Source: Phormidesmis sp.
GTDB taxonomy: Bacteria > Cyanobacteriota > Cyanobacteriia > Leptolyngbyales > Leptolyngbyaceae
DNA length: 64,000 nt
Direction: 5' to 3'
NCBI GenBank assembly: GCA_965248535.1
Contig: CBDFJR010000002.1
Span: forward strand, 224,001-288,000
Part shown: piece by piece, positions 39,091-49,116 of the stretch
How positions within the stretch are numbered: the stretch's first letter is position 1
How the letters are laid out: each line of letters opens with the position of its first letter
Program-made: the position numbers and the translations under genes
The notes under the pieces: generated by a model
Database searches by the model: none
Seen by the model: only the letters and a program-made list of their open reading frames with translations
What the model was told of the DNA's origin: nothing

Positions 39091-39937
39091 CTGAATTCTC
39101 GAAGATGATCCGAAAGGTGGTGCGATCGGTGCTCTCAATCTCTAGCGTTCCTTCAAGTTGGTGAACCAATGACTGAATGAGTTGCAGCCCTAACGAATCT
39201 GTGCGGCTCAGATCAAAATCAGCAGGCAAGTTGCTGCCGCTGTTGCTGACGGTTAAAACAATCTGTCTCGTCAAGCGACGTTCGAGGGTGACCACCACTT
39301 CGCCGACTGAGGCTTCTGAAAACCCGTGCTTGATAGCATTTGAGATCAACTCATTGAGAATCAAAGCGGCTGGGATAGCGCGATCGGGGCTAACTGCGAT
39401 CTCAGCCCTCGCGTCTACTCGCAGATTAATTCTAGCTGGCTCGATCGCATAGATCCGAAACACCATAACGGCGAGATTTTGGACGTAATCTGTGAAGTTG
39501 ATTTGGGTTAAAGTCTGAGACTGATAGAGATTTTCATGGACTAGCGCAATCAGACTAATTCGGCTTTGATTGGCTCTCAGCAGTTCGCGGGTTTTTGCAT
39601 CCTCGGTTTGCATTACCTGCATATCGAGCAAGCTAGAAACGACTTGCAGATTATTTTTGACCCGATGATGAGTTTCTCTGAGCAGCACGTCTCTCTCTTG
39701 TAGAGAGGCTTGCAGTTGAGTTTCTCGCTGAGTTTGAGCAGACTCATTGGGTGGTTCTACTGGATGATCGAGCGTCTCCTGTAAGGTTTGCAGCACGTTT
39801 AAAGCAGAGTGCAACTCTTCCAAGATTTGATTTTGCAAATCAAGGCTTGAGATGGGTTCTGCTTGAATACGATCGCGCAATCGAATCAGGCGCTCTCGTA
39901 TTGCCCCTATCTGTTGGGCAACCCCGCTATTAGTCAT
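39080..39937 (-). CDS. HisKA_2-type histidine kinase without a sensor domain
   Basis: ETHHRVKNNLQVVSSLL, NELISNAIKH, SLGLQL. Confidence 0.9.
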   Translation of the reverse strand: MTNSGVAQQIGAIRERLIRLRDRIQAEPISSLDLQNQILEELHSALNVLQTLQETLDHPVEPPNESAQTQRETQLQASLQERDVLLRETHHRVKNNLQVVSSLLDMQVMQTEDAKTRELLRANQSRISLIALVHENLYQSQTLTQINFTDYVQNLAVMVFRIYAIEPARINLRVDARAEIAVSPDRAIPAALILNELISNAIKHGFSEASVGEVVVTLERRLTRQIVLTVSNSGSNLPADFDLSRTDSLGLQLIQSLVHQLEGTLEIESTDRTTFRIIFENSVSE

Positions 39938-40331
39938 TTCAAATTCAATCCATGTGTTCAGGAACTCAGGTCAAACATCAGCCGCTCACCAGAATTAGCA
40001 CAACGTCGCGGTTTGGCTAATCTGCGGTAAAGAGCGCTGCTGATCTGCAAACCAGTTTTGTTAGGGTGGATGCAGATGGGTCATGATAAAGAGCCTTGCA
40101 CACCTTGATGATCCAACCTATCACGCCCCTTGTCTGCACTCCTTGATCGTGTGCCACTTTTCTACAGCTAGCGCCTCAAACCCCGCCGCTAACCGTGTTT
40201 CGCCATAATGCTCCCCGATCGCAAAATACGATCGTGGCTATAGAGAACGCTTAGGGTAATTTAAAGGCCTTCTTCAAATTCGCTATAGTAACGACAAGTA
40301 ACAAAATAAGCGAATTCACTTTTGAGGCGTT

Positions 40332-41045
40332 ATGGCTGCTAATCTTGCGACCGTTTCAATATCCGAGAAGCCAACAGCGCAGGATGTGGCGGCCCTCAGA
40401 CAGGTTTTTAGGTCAATCAATGCGGAGAGTTGTCCGCAGGTCTACAACTTTCACATGCACACCAATCACTCAGACGGGCAATTGCAGCCTGAGCTGTTGA
40501 TGAAGCAAGCGATCGCGCTTTCCCTGACGGGGTTTGCAATCACCGATCACCATCGGGTAAGTGGCTACAAAGTCGCGCAGCAGTGGTTTGATCGTTGGCG
40601 CACTTCTGCTGCTGCTCTCGGCAAAACGATTCCTCACTTTTGGGTCGGCGCTGAAATCACCTCTCAACTGCTCGAAACTGAGGTGCACATTTTGGCGTTT
40701 GCCTTTGACCCAGAGCATGACGCGATCGTGCCCTATCTACAGGGCGAAGCCCCTAAAGGAGACGCAGCCCAAGCGTCGCAGGTCATTGATGCCATTCACC
40801 ACGCGGGCGGTTTGGCAGTGTTGGCGCACCCCGTTCGCTATCGACGATCGCCCGATGATTTGATTCCGGCTGCGGTTGATTGCGGCATTGATGGGGTAGA
40901 AACCTATTATGCCTACAACAACCCAAAGCCGTGGCGGGCCAGCCCTAGCGAGACTCAGCGGGTTCGGCAGTTGAGTGACACCCATCAGTTGCTTAACACC
41001 TGCGGCACTGACACCCATGGGTTGAGCCTGCTGCAACGAATTTGA
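40332..41045 (+). CDS. PHP domain phosphoesterase
   Basis: HMHT.HSDG, ITDHH, VHIL, LAHP, GTDTHG. Confidence 0.9.
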   Translation: MAANLATVSISEKPTAQDVAALRQVFRSINAESCPQVYNFHMHTNHSDGQLQPELLMKQAIALSLTGFAITDHHRVSGYKVAQQWFDRWRTSAAALGKTIPHFWVGAEITSQLLETEVHILAFAFDPEHDAIVPYLQGEAPKGDAAQASQVIDAIHHAGGLAVLAHPVRYRRSPDDLIPAAVDCGIDGVETYYAYNNPKPWRASPSETQRVRQLSDTHQLLNTCGTDTHGLSLLQRI

Positions 41046-41219
41046 GGCGGCGATCGTCAAATTAGGGCAGCGGCAACTTAAATGAGGTCTCTGCCCTTTT
41101 TGATGACCAAAAATCTGAATTTATCGGTTCAGAACTGTTAACTAAAGTAAAGGATTTTCATTTAGATCGTCTGGCTCAGATCGCGGTTTTTTCATCTACT
41201 TTAAGAACTGTGGTCAAGT

Positions 41220-41321
41220 TTAGTTCATCTGAGACATTAGTGCGATGAAGCCAATGCAGGTCATAGCGAGTAATACAACCATTCCGATCGACTGACCGAG
41301 GTGTCTTTGAGAGGATTGCAT
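41220..41321 (-). CDS. Candidate 33-aa single-pass membrane peptide (not in ORF track)
   Basis: MQSSQRHLGQSIGMVVLLAMTCIGFIALMSQMN*; TAAGG 7 nt upstream of ATG. Confidence 0.5.
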   Translation of the reverse strand: MQSSQRHLGQSIGMVVLLAMTCIGFIALMSQMN

Positions 41322-41459
41322 AATATTGCCTTAATGTTAGTGAGTCATCACAAGATATCAGACTTCTCTCAGGTTCCTGTGAAAACGCAACGTAACTTAG
41401 ATTTGCTTAATCTATCTTAAAAAACTCCTCAGATTGGTGTTCTAGGGGAGCGGTGCGGG

Positions 41460-42755
41460 CTAGCCGCCATAGATAATTTCATTGCGCGTCGATGCGCCGA
41501 GGGTAGCGCGTCTCGTTCCCACCCAAGCGCTTGGCTCAATCATTTTGGGAGACGGCATTCTGCCCCACTGTTGCTGAAGCGCTTTTAAAAAAACTTCCTG
41601 CTGCTTTCGCAACTGGCTGATGTTGGTGCCGCGATTGATGACTGCGAACCAGACAAACCCGCGATCGTGGGTGGGCAATACACCCGTCAAGGCGCTCACC
41701 TCACTGAGGGTGCCTGTTTTGACCACTGCGGACGGTGGGAGATCTCGGTCTTCTAAGGTGCCTTCATGATCCCACCCTGAGACGGGAAACAGGTCAGCGA
41801 TCGTCATGTTGCGCGGCTGAAGGTAGTGATCGATCGCAGCAAACATCGCACAGGCAGCACGAGGCGAAATTCGATTATTCATGCTCAACCCCGACCCATT
41901 GACAAGCTGAATCTCGGTGGGAGAGACTCCTGCGGCAGTGGCTGCTGTTTGAATCGTTGCCTGAATGCCGCCTAGATTGTCGGATAGCATCTGAGACATC
42001 TCGTTTTGGCTATAGACATTCATGCGTTTGAGCAAATCTGTCAACGGCAGCGATCGGTGTCTCAGCAGCAGAATTTGTTTAGGCAGGGGCACGAGTGCGG
42101 ATAGAGCCTTAACCGAACCGTTGATCTCGATCGTCGGGCGCGGGGTGTCTTTTGGCAACGGCTGATCGGCTGCCGTTGCGTCTTCATTCCAAGTTTTTGA
42201 GTTGAGGGCTTGTTTGAGTCGCTCTCCAGATTTAGCGCGATCGTCGTCAAAGCTCATCATAAAGTTACCCACGATCAGCAGATTTCCGGTGATGCGTGAG
42301 ATGCCAATTTTTTTGAGAGACTGCCCCAGCGCGATCGCCTCTTCCTCGACAAAGAGCGGGTCGCCGCCGCCTTGAATCACCAGATCTCCCTGCAAAACGC
42401 CATGCTGGATCGGGCCGGTGGCCGCGATCAGGGTCTCAAACTGATGATCTGGGCCCCAGGTTTCTAGAGCCGCTAGCGTGGTTGCCAACTTGGTGATCGA
42501 AGCGGCCGGGAGCGGCGTGGTGCCTTGATTGGCTGCTAATAATTTTGACCCTGATTGCAGCCAGATTCCTTGGGTTGTCTCGCTCAACCCCTGACTGGCA
42601 AGCTGCTTAAGATAGTTCTGCATCATTTGTTCTGCCCCGCGATCGGTCTTTTCTTGCAGACTCGATCGCTCGATTTGTAGAGAATTGAACGAGTCTGGCA
42701 CCCCTGCCATGGTTAACCAGAGCGACATCAATTCAGGGCTAAAGAATTCCAGCAA
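41460..42755 (-). CDS. dacB: D-Ala-D-Ala carboxypeptidase/endopeptidase (peptidase S13, PBP4-type)
   Basis: SxxK (ASITKL), GGGDP, SxN (SQN), NGSGLS, KTG. Confidence 0.88.
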   Translation of the reverse strand: MLEFFSPELMSLWLTMAGVPDSFNSLQIERSSLQEKTDRGAEQMMQNYLKQLASQGLSETTQGIWLQSGSKLLAANQGTTPLPAASITKLATTLAALETWGPDHQFETLIAATGPIQHGVLQGDLVIQGGGDPLFVEEEAIALGQSLKKIGISRITGNLLIVGNFMMSFDDDRAKSGERLKQALNSKTWNEDATAADQPLPKDTPRPTIEINGSVKALSALVPLPKQILLLRHRSLPLTDLLKRMNVYSQNEMSQMLSDNLGGIQATIQTAATAAGVSPTEIQLVNGSGLSMNNRISPRAACAMFAAIDHYLQPRNMTIADLFPVSGWDHEGTLEDRDLPPSAVVKTGTLSEVSALTGVLPTHDRGFVWFAVINRGTNISQLRKQQEVFLKALQQQWGRMPSPKMIEPSAWVGTRRATLGASTRNEIIYGG

Positions 42756-42810
42756 GCCACGTCTCCTGTCAGAATAAACAAAGGGGATTGAGAGATTTGA
42801 GCGCGAAAAA

Positions 42811-43473
42811 ATGGCAAAACCTGACCAAAATCAAGGGCTGAGACAACTTCCGATCGTGGTGGGCACGATAGCAGGTATTCTACTGTTCACCAATCGACTT
42901 TTAACACCGAGTTTGACCGATTCACAAGCTCGATCAGATGCCCTAGGAGTGATTCTCAGTGCCTTGCTGATTTTGACTGGGCTGCTTTGGCAACGAGTCC
43001 AACCGAGAACGCCAGAAAGCGTCGAGCTAGTGGGTGAACAAGGGTTTGAGCTTTTGCCTGACCTGCCCGATGGGGTCAAGACCGAGCTTGCGTGGGCATC
43101 ACACCTGCTGTTGACCAACACAGTGACTAAATCGATCGTCGTTTATTATCGCGGTGAGGTGCTGCTGCGGCGCGGCATTCTCAGTCCTCAGGCTCAGGTT
43201 AAACCAGGAGCCATTTTACAACGAGTTTTAGACAAACATCAGGCAGTCTATCTCGTCGCTTTGGCGATCTACCCAGGACGCTTTGAGTTTGATTATTTGC
43301 CAGAAAACACCCAAGGCGTGATCTGTCAGCCGATCGGGACTGAAGGCGTGCTGATTTTAGGAGCCAATGCCCCGCGCAGCTACACCCGTCAAGACGAGAA
43401 TTGGGTCGCCGCGATCGCTGAGAAGCTTGACCACACTCTCACTGCATCCCTTGAATCGACAACTCAAGGTTAA
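42811..43473 (+). CDS. Cofactor assembly of complex C subunit B family (CCB2/CCB4)
   Basis: Two TM helices, ELAWASHLLLTNT, YPGRFEFDYLPENTQ, PRSYT. Confidence 0.8.
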   Translation: MAKPDQNQGLRQLPIVVGTIAGILLFTNRLLTPSLTDSQARSDALGVILSALLILTGLLWQRVQPRTPESVELVGEQGFELLPDLPDGVKTELAWASHLLLTNTVTKSIVVYYRGEVLLRRGILSPQAQVKPGAILQRVLDKHQAVYLVALAIYPGRFEFDYLPENTQGVICQPIGTEGVLILGANAPRSYTRQDENWVAAIAEKLDHTLTASLESTTQG

Positions 43474-43529
43474 CCTTGCTGATTCAACTTCTACGCTAAC
43501 GTAGTAACATCCCCTAGCTAACGTTTCCC

Positions 43530-44051
43530 ATGACATCGACGCTCGTTCTCTATTGGCTGTTGGTTGCCCTAATGGTCGTGGGCATCATCGGCGCAGTGGT
43601 TCCTGGCATCCCTGGCACCAGCTTGATCTTGATTGGGATCATTGCCTGGGGGCTGATTAAAGGATTTGCCAGTGTTGGAATTGCTCTCACGGTAGCGATC
43701 GTGGTGTTGATCAGCAGCATCGGCATCGATTTTTTGGCCAGCTATTGGGGCGCTAAAAAAGCAGGCGCTAGCAACTGGGGGCAAGTCGGCGCGATCGTGG
43801 GGCTATTTTTGGGATTCTTTGGGCTTTTGCCCGCTCTGCCCTTTGGCGGGCCGCTACTCGGACTCTTAATCGGGCCGCTGCTCGGCGCGGTCGTCGGCGA
43901 GTTTATCTACTGCAAAGACATCAAGATTGCCGTCAAAGCTGGAGTTGGAATCGTCGTTGGTTCCCTCGTCGGCAATTTGATCCAGGGCGTGTTAGCGATC
44001 GCTGTGGTTGCCGTTTTTCTGTTCACCACGCTTTCAACGATTCCGTCTTAG
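43530..44051 (+). CDS. DUF456 family membrane protein
   Basis: GAVVPGIPG, GAKKAGAS.WG, GPLLGAVVGE. Confidence 0.85.
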   Translation: MTSTLVLYWLLVALMVVGIIGAVVPGIPGTSLILIGIIAWGLIKGFASVGIALTVAIVVLISSIGIDFLASYWGAKKAGASNWGQVGAIVGLFLGFFGLLPALPFGGPLLGLLIGPLLGAVVGEFIYCKDIKIAVKAGVGIVVGSLVGNLIQGVLAIAVVAVFLFTTLSTIPS

Positions 44052-45022
44052 TTGACCTGAGAAGACCGACTCGGACACCTCAAGGTTCTTGAAAATTCGG
44101 GGATGGGCAAGGACTCGATCGCTGACCTTTTGGCTTTGCAGACAATATCATCGGTTTTAGAGGGGTTGATTAACACAACGCCCACATAACTCCTCAAACC
44201 CTCCTCTTTAGGAAGGGCTGCAATCTCAGCACGAGACGCATCGGCGACTTTTAATTTATAGGCGTAGTCATAGCTTTGAGAAATTAAGTGCGTCGATCGC
44301 TCAAGCTCTTCTAAACTGCCAGCAAAACGCTTATTTTCGCGATAGAACTTTGCCTGAGCCACATTCATCGCTTTGAGATAAGTCTCAGCTTTTTGCTGTT
44401 TTTCTTGAGGAGTTTGCGGACGGAAACTCTCGCCTAACCCGTTTTCTGTGTCGGCTGCGGCTTGATTTTCGGCGTGCGAAGTCGAGATAAAAGCCGCGAT
44501 CATGCCACCTGACATAAACCCAACCACGATCGCAAACACAAAGAGAACCGAGTAAGCCCGAAAATAAGCAGGAATGGGTGACTCGCTCTCAGCTTGTTCG
44601 GTTTGGTCTAAGTCACGATCGGGATCATCGTGGTCTAAATCGTGGTCTAAATCATGCTCTGGCTCCTCTGGGCCGGCTCTCTTTGATCCTTCAGGGTTAG
44701 CCCAATCGACTGAGACTTGCTGAATGATCGGCCCTAGCTCAAATTTTCTCACCCACAAAACAGCAGAGTTGCTAGGGCTGCGTGAATAGATTTCAACAGT
44801 GTCAATCAACTCTGGGCCTAGATTGAGCAACCCCCTTTTAACAAACTTGATGATTGACTCTTGACTCAATGCTTTGCTTGACTCTAAAAAAATGCACAAG
44901 CAGCGTGCGTCTAAACCCACCTGGGCTTGAATCTCGGTGGGGTTTAAAACTGCGTTCATCAATGCTGCGATCGCGGTTGGGTTGCCCTGTTTTGCGAGTT
45001 CTAAAAGGTGCGGCTGATCCAT
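44048..45022 (-). CDS. Protein with cytoplasmic N-domain, one TM and a type IV pilin-like (G/H family) C-domain
   Basis: N-terminal LELAKQGNP.AIAALMN; TM; then AETYLKAMNVAQAKFYRENKRFA...LRSYVG...C...C. Confidence 0.7.
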   Translation of the reverse strand: MDQPHLLELAKQGNPTAIAALMNAVLNPTEIQAQVGLDARCLCIFLESSKALSQESIIKFVKRGLLNLGPELIDTVEIYSRSPSNSAVLWVRKFELGPIIQQVSVDWANPEGSKRAGPEEPEHDLDHDLDHDDPDRDLDQTEQAESESPIPAYFRAYSVLFVFAIVVGFMSGGMIAAFISTSHAENQAAADTENGLGESFRPQTPQEKQQKAETYLKAMNVAQAKFYRENKRFAGSLEELERSTHLISQSYDYAYKLKVADASRAEIAALPKEEGLRSYVGVVLINPSKTDDIVCKAKRSAIESLPIPEFSRTLRCPSRSSQVN

Positions 45023-45085
45023 AAAGAGCAACGGTTGAAATAAGGGGAAAAATGACTAGAGAGTTGATTTTAATGATGCCTAATC

Positions 45086-45141
45086 AGGGAGCAATCGGAA
45101 GGGAGCAATCGGAAGGGAGCAATCGGAAGGGAGCAATCGGA
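45086..45141. repeat. Perfect 14-bp tandem repeat x4 (AGGGAGCAATCGGA)
   Basis: Units at 45086, 45100, 45114, 45128; no spacers. Confidence 0.95.
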
Positions 45142-45426
45142 CTCCTATCAAACCCTTTCAACAAGTTATTTTTTGATTCAGGAGAGATCGAGGGTCGCCT
45201 ACTGACTATTGATATGTCTATTAAAACTTTTTATCTCGATTTACACCATCGCCTTGACTCAAATCAAAAGATTCTGACCCTGTGAAATGCCCATCTCACG
45301 GGTTTAACCTTTATCATGTCTTTACTTAAGCATTCGTGAGGCGATGAATGTAGCTGGGAATACTCAGTAGAAGGGGTGTCGGGTTCCCCGCTTTTGATCT
45401 TTACTCGTGACCCAGGGAGCAAGGCA

Positions 45427-46371
45427 GTGCAATCAGTCAAGCAGCAGCAGATTTTAGGCTATTTCATCGAAGAAGCCAAAGAGCATCTCGACACGATCGA
45501 GCGGGGCTTGGTCAACTTAAAAGTCACCATGTCAGACTCAGAGCAAGTCAACGAACTGTTTCGGGCGGCTCACTCCATCAAAGGAGGAGCAGCGATGCTG
45601 GGGTTTGACAGCATTCAAAAAACGGCTCATCACTTTGAGGATTGCTTTAAACAACTACAGGAACATCCTGTAAAAATTGACCAAACCCTAGAAGACCTGT
45701 TTCTCAAGGGATTTGACACCCTCAAAGAATTGATTGAAGCCCTGCAAAGTCCGTTTGGGCTGCGCGAAGAAGAGGCTCAACAAGCTGTGCTCGCGTCAGA
45801 GCCTATTTTTTTAGACCTAGAAAAATATCTTCAATCGTTGATCAATCGCAAAGCCACCACAGCATCTGGCAACGGCGCTGGGCCAGCCAATGCGGCGGCT
45901 CATATCAACGCCATTCTCAAGGCGATGCTGCAACTGTTTAAGCAAGGAGACTCGACTCAAAGCCGTCAACAGATGGGGGCTTTGTGCAATCGCCTGATGC
46001 AGATCAGCGCCACTGCCCAGCCCTGGGTGACGGCTCTGCAAACGGTGCAACGAGCGATCGCTAACCCTAAAAACAGCTACTCGATTTTGGCTCCGATCGT
46101 GATTCGAGATCTCAAGCAAGCCAGCGACCTGCTGCTAACCAGACGAGTGGCTGAGATCGAGGTGAGTCAAAATCTTCTCAAATTGGTGATGCCTGCCCAG
46201 TCGGTTAGCCCGCCTCAAGCAGTGCGACACGCTACCCGGCAAGTTAGCGTTAAACACGAGCAGGTTTCTATCCCACGAGAGCCGAGGGCGGCTGCCAGAG
46301 CGCTGTTAGAAACGTTTAACAAAAATGAATTGATTGAAATTGCTCAATTTTTGATGAAAGCGATTCAATAG
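45427..46371 (+). CDS. Stand-alone Hpt-domain protein (CheA P1-like)
   Basis: ILGYFIEEAKEHL...LFRAAHSIKGGAAMLG; GGGAG before GTG 45427; no kinase domain. Confidence 0.85.
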   Translation: MQSVKQQQILGYFIEEAKEHLDTIERGLVNLKVTMSDSEQVNELFRAAHSIKGGAAMLGFDSIQKTAHHFEDCFKQLQEHPVKIDQTLEDLFLKGFDTLKELIEALQSPFGLREEEAQQAVLASEPIFLDLEKYLQSLINRKATTASGNGAGPANAAAHINAILKAMLQLFKQGDSTQSRQQMGALCNRLMQISATAQPWVTALQTVQRAIANPKNSYSILAPIVIRDLKQASDLLLTRRVAEIEVSQNLLKLVMPAQSVSPPQAVRHATRQVSVKHEQVSIPREPRAAARALLETFNKNELIEIAQFLMKAIQ

Positions 46372-46428
46372 AATCAAAATTTCCCCCACCCTGTAGACTC
46401 TAGAAATCTATTGTGGAGGGGGCAAACC

Positions 46429-47328
46429 GTGAAGATTAGCGTTTTGGGAATTGGGTTGATGGGCTTGCCGATGGCGCAACGTCTGATGGAAGCTGATCAT
46501 TCGCTCACGGTTTACAATCGCACTGCCTCAAAGTTAGCGCTGCTGCAAGCGGCGGGAGCCACGATCGCTCCCTCTGTGGCGGCCGCCATTGCTGCCTCAG
46601 ACTGCATTATTCTCATGCTCACGGATGCTGCTGCGATTCGTGAGCTTTTGCTTGCAGACTCGTCTCGATCGCACTTAGCCGGGCGCACCGTGATTCAGAT
46701 GGGCACGATCGCTCCTATCGAGAGCCAGACGATTCGAGATCAGGTGGTGGCTGCCGGGGGTGACTATCTAGAAGCGCCTGTGCTGGGCAGCATTCCTGAA
46801 GCCCGATCGGGTTCTCTCATTGTGATGGTGGGCGCAGAGCCAGAACAGTTTGCTCACTGGTTGGCACTATTAAAAACCTTTGGGCCAGAGCCACTGCTGT
46901 TAGGAGCGGTAGGGTCTGCGGCGGCGGTCAAATTGGCTCTCAATCAACTAATCGGTGCATTAACCAGTGCCTTTGCGGTCAGTTTGGGTTTGATCTTGCG
47001 CCAAGGCGTAGACCCTGCCTCATTTATGACGATTCTTCGCCAAAGCGCGCTCTATGCGCCCACGTTTGACAAGAAGCTGCAACGAATGCTCGATCGTGAC
47101 TATCAGACTCCCAACTTTCCGACTAAGCATCTTAAAAAGGATATTGATCTATTCATCTCAGCCGCCCAGTCATCGGGTCTTGAGACGGCTGGGGTAGAAG
47201 GCGTGCGTCAAATTTTGCTCAAAGCGATGGCGATGTCGTTTGCCGAGGTAGATTACGCAGCGCTGTTTTCTGCAATCTGTGCAGAGGGTGCCCCAGTCGA
47301 GCCGCCCTCTGGTGAAGACGCGATATAG
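46429..47328 (+). CDS. Beta-hydroxyacid dehydrogenase family NAD(P) oxidoreductase
   Basis: GIGLMG, YNRT, EAPVLGS, catalytic K in VKLALN, NFPTKHL.KD. Confidence 0.9.
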   Translation: MKISVLGIGLMGLPMAQRLMEADHSLTVYNRTASKLALLQAAGATIAPSVAAAIAASDCIILMLTDAAAIRELLLADSSRSHLAGRTVIQMGTIAPIESQTIRDQVVAAGGDYLEAPVLGSIPEARSGSLIVMVGAEPEQFAHWLALLKTFGPEPLLLGAVGSAAAVKLALNQLIGALTSAFAVSLGLILRQGVDPASFMTILRQSALYAPTFDKKLQRMLDRDYQTPNFPTKHLKKDIDLFISAAQSSGLETAGVEGVRQILLKAMAMSFAEVDYAALFSAICAEGAPVEPPSGEDAI

Positions 47329-47745
47329 CGGTGCCCGATCGGGTCTAGAGTTTGCAGCAAATCCATTCAGTTCATCACCCTCGGCTTTGTCCCCAAAAGC
47401 CTGAATTGACGTGAGCATTTTCCAGAGATAACCGTCTAGCCATGTAAAGAGTAAGCAAAGCAAAACCCGTTTTGACTCGTTAAAAGGACTGGGAAGGTTA
47501 GCCTCTTTACAGAGATTCAATCACAGTCTAGTCAAAGAAATCGCAGCCTAAAATCTCTGGCAACTCATAGCAGGACGTGATTATTCTCACGCTGGTGGGC
47601 ATGATAAGCCCATCGTCACTTAGAAACCATGCTTCACCACAGATTTAAAGCGCTCGTGAAGACGAAAAGATTTTAGAGGCTGAACGTCACACCTTCACGA
47701 ATGCAGCCAGTGAAATGCAACCATCATCGTCTGGGTTCATCAGCT

Positions 47746-49116
47746 ATGCGTGTTTTGATCTATTCATATAACTACTACCCTGAGCCGATCGGCATCGCTC
47801 CGCTCATGACTGAGCTTGCAGAAGGGCTAGTAAGACGGGGGCACGAAGTGCGCGTGATTACGGCGATGCCCAATTATCCGCAGCGCGAGATCTATGAGCA
47901 ATATCGCGGCAAGCTCTATGAGACTGAAGAACGGAATGGAGTCACCATTCAGCGCAGCTATGTCTGGGTCAAACCAAAGCCCAGTCTATTCGATCGGATT
48001 CTTTTAGAGGGCAGTTTTGCTCTTACCAGCTTTTTTCAGGCCCTCAGAGGCTGGCGACCCGATTTGATTTTGCTCACGGTGCCGCCGCTGCCCGTGTGTG
48101 CCCCGGCTGCCCTATTAAGCTGGCTACACAATTGCCCGATCGTGCTCAACGTGCAAGACATTTTACCCGAAGCTGCTGTTCACCTAGGCTTGCTCAAAAA
48201 CAAGACTCTGATTTGGCTGCTGGAAGCGATTGAGAAATTTGCCTATCGAACAGCCCACACGGTGAGCGTCATTGCCGAAGGATTTGTAGAAAATCTGGAG
48301 GGCAAAGGCGTTCCTGCTAAGAAGATCACCTGCATTCCCAACTGGGTGGACACCAACTTCATTTGTCCCCTTCCTAAACACGACAATGCGTTTCGACGCG
48401 CCCACCAGCTTGAGGGCAAATTTGTCGTTCTATACTCCGGTAATATTGCCCTGACTCAAGGTCTAGAAACCGTGGTAGAAGCCGCGGCTCAGTTGCGTGA
48501 CGTTTCAGACATTGTGTTTGTGATTGTGGGCGAATCGAAGGCCGTCGCAGCGCTGAAACGCCACTGCCAGACATGCGAAACTGACAATGTGATCTTGCTG
48601 CCCTTTCAACCCAGAGAGAAATTGCCTGAGATGTTAGCGGCCGCTGATGTGGGGCTAATTGTGCAAAAGCATCAGGTGGTGTCTTTTAACATGCCCTCTA
48701 AAACGCAAGTTTTGTTGGCGAGTGGTCGCCCGGTGATTGCGGCGGTTCCGCTATCTGGCAGCGCTGCGAGGGCGATCGAGAAAAGCCGAGGTGGAATCGT
48801 GGTTGAGCCAGAAAATCCGGCGGCGTTAGCCGAGCAGATTCTAGCGCTGTATCAAAACCCTGAACAGGCGGAGCTATTGGGCAAACAGGGGCGGCACTAT
48901 GCGTTAGAGCGATACTCGTTTGAACAGGCGCTCAACCACTATGAAGCTCTCTTTTACCAAGTCACTGAAAGTGCTCGATCGGCTGGCTCTTTTAGCCCTA
49001 AAGTGACCGAGTTTGCTAGCGCGTCTCTCTCTCTGTATAGTCAACCGCATAGCCCCCAGACCGTGGCGAACCTTCCAAAAAAACCGCGCCGGACTAAGGA
49101 ACCCAACCGAACCTAA
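47746..49116 (+). CDS. Glycosyltransferase family 4 (WcaI-like)
   Basis: YNYYPEPIG, PNYP, VQDILP, IPNWVD, YSGN, MPSK...LASGRP. Confidence 0.9.
   Translation: MRVLIYSYNYYPEPIGIAPLMTELAEGLVRRGHEVRVITAMPNYPQREIYEQYRGKLYETEERNGVTIQRSYVWVKPKPSLFDRILLEGSFALTSFFQALRGWRPDLILLTVPPLPVCAPAALLSWLHNCPIVLNVQDILPEAAVHLGLLKNKTLIWLLEAIEKFAYRTAHTVSVIAEGFVENLEGKGVPAKKITCIPNWVDTNFICPLPKHDNAFRRAHQLEGKFVVLYSGNIALTQGLETVVEAAAQLRDVSDIVFVIVGESKAVAALKRHCQTCETDNVILLPFQPREKLPEMLAAADVGLIVQKHQVVSFNMPSKTQVLLASGRPVIAAVPLSGSAARAIEKSRGGIVVEPENPAALAEQILALYQNPEQAELLGKQGRHYALERYSFEQALNHYEALFYQVTESARSAGSFSPKVTEFASASLSLYSQPHSPQTVANLPKKPRRTKEPNRT

Noticed and set aside
45086..45141. CRISPR array
   Set aside because: 14-bp units are contiguous, with no spacers and no cas genes nearby.
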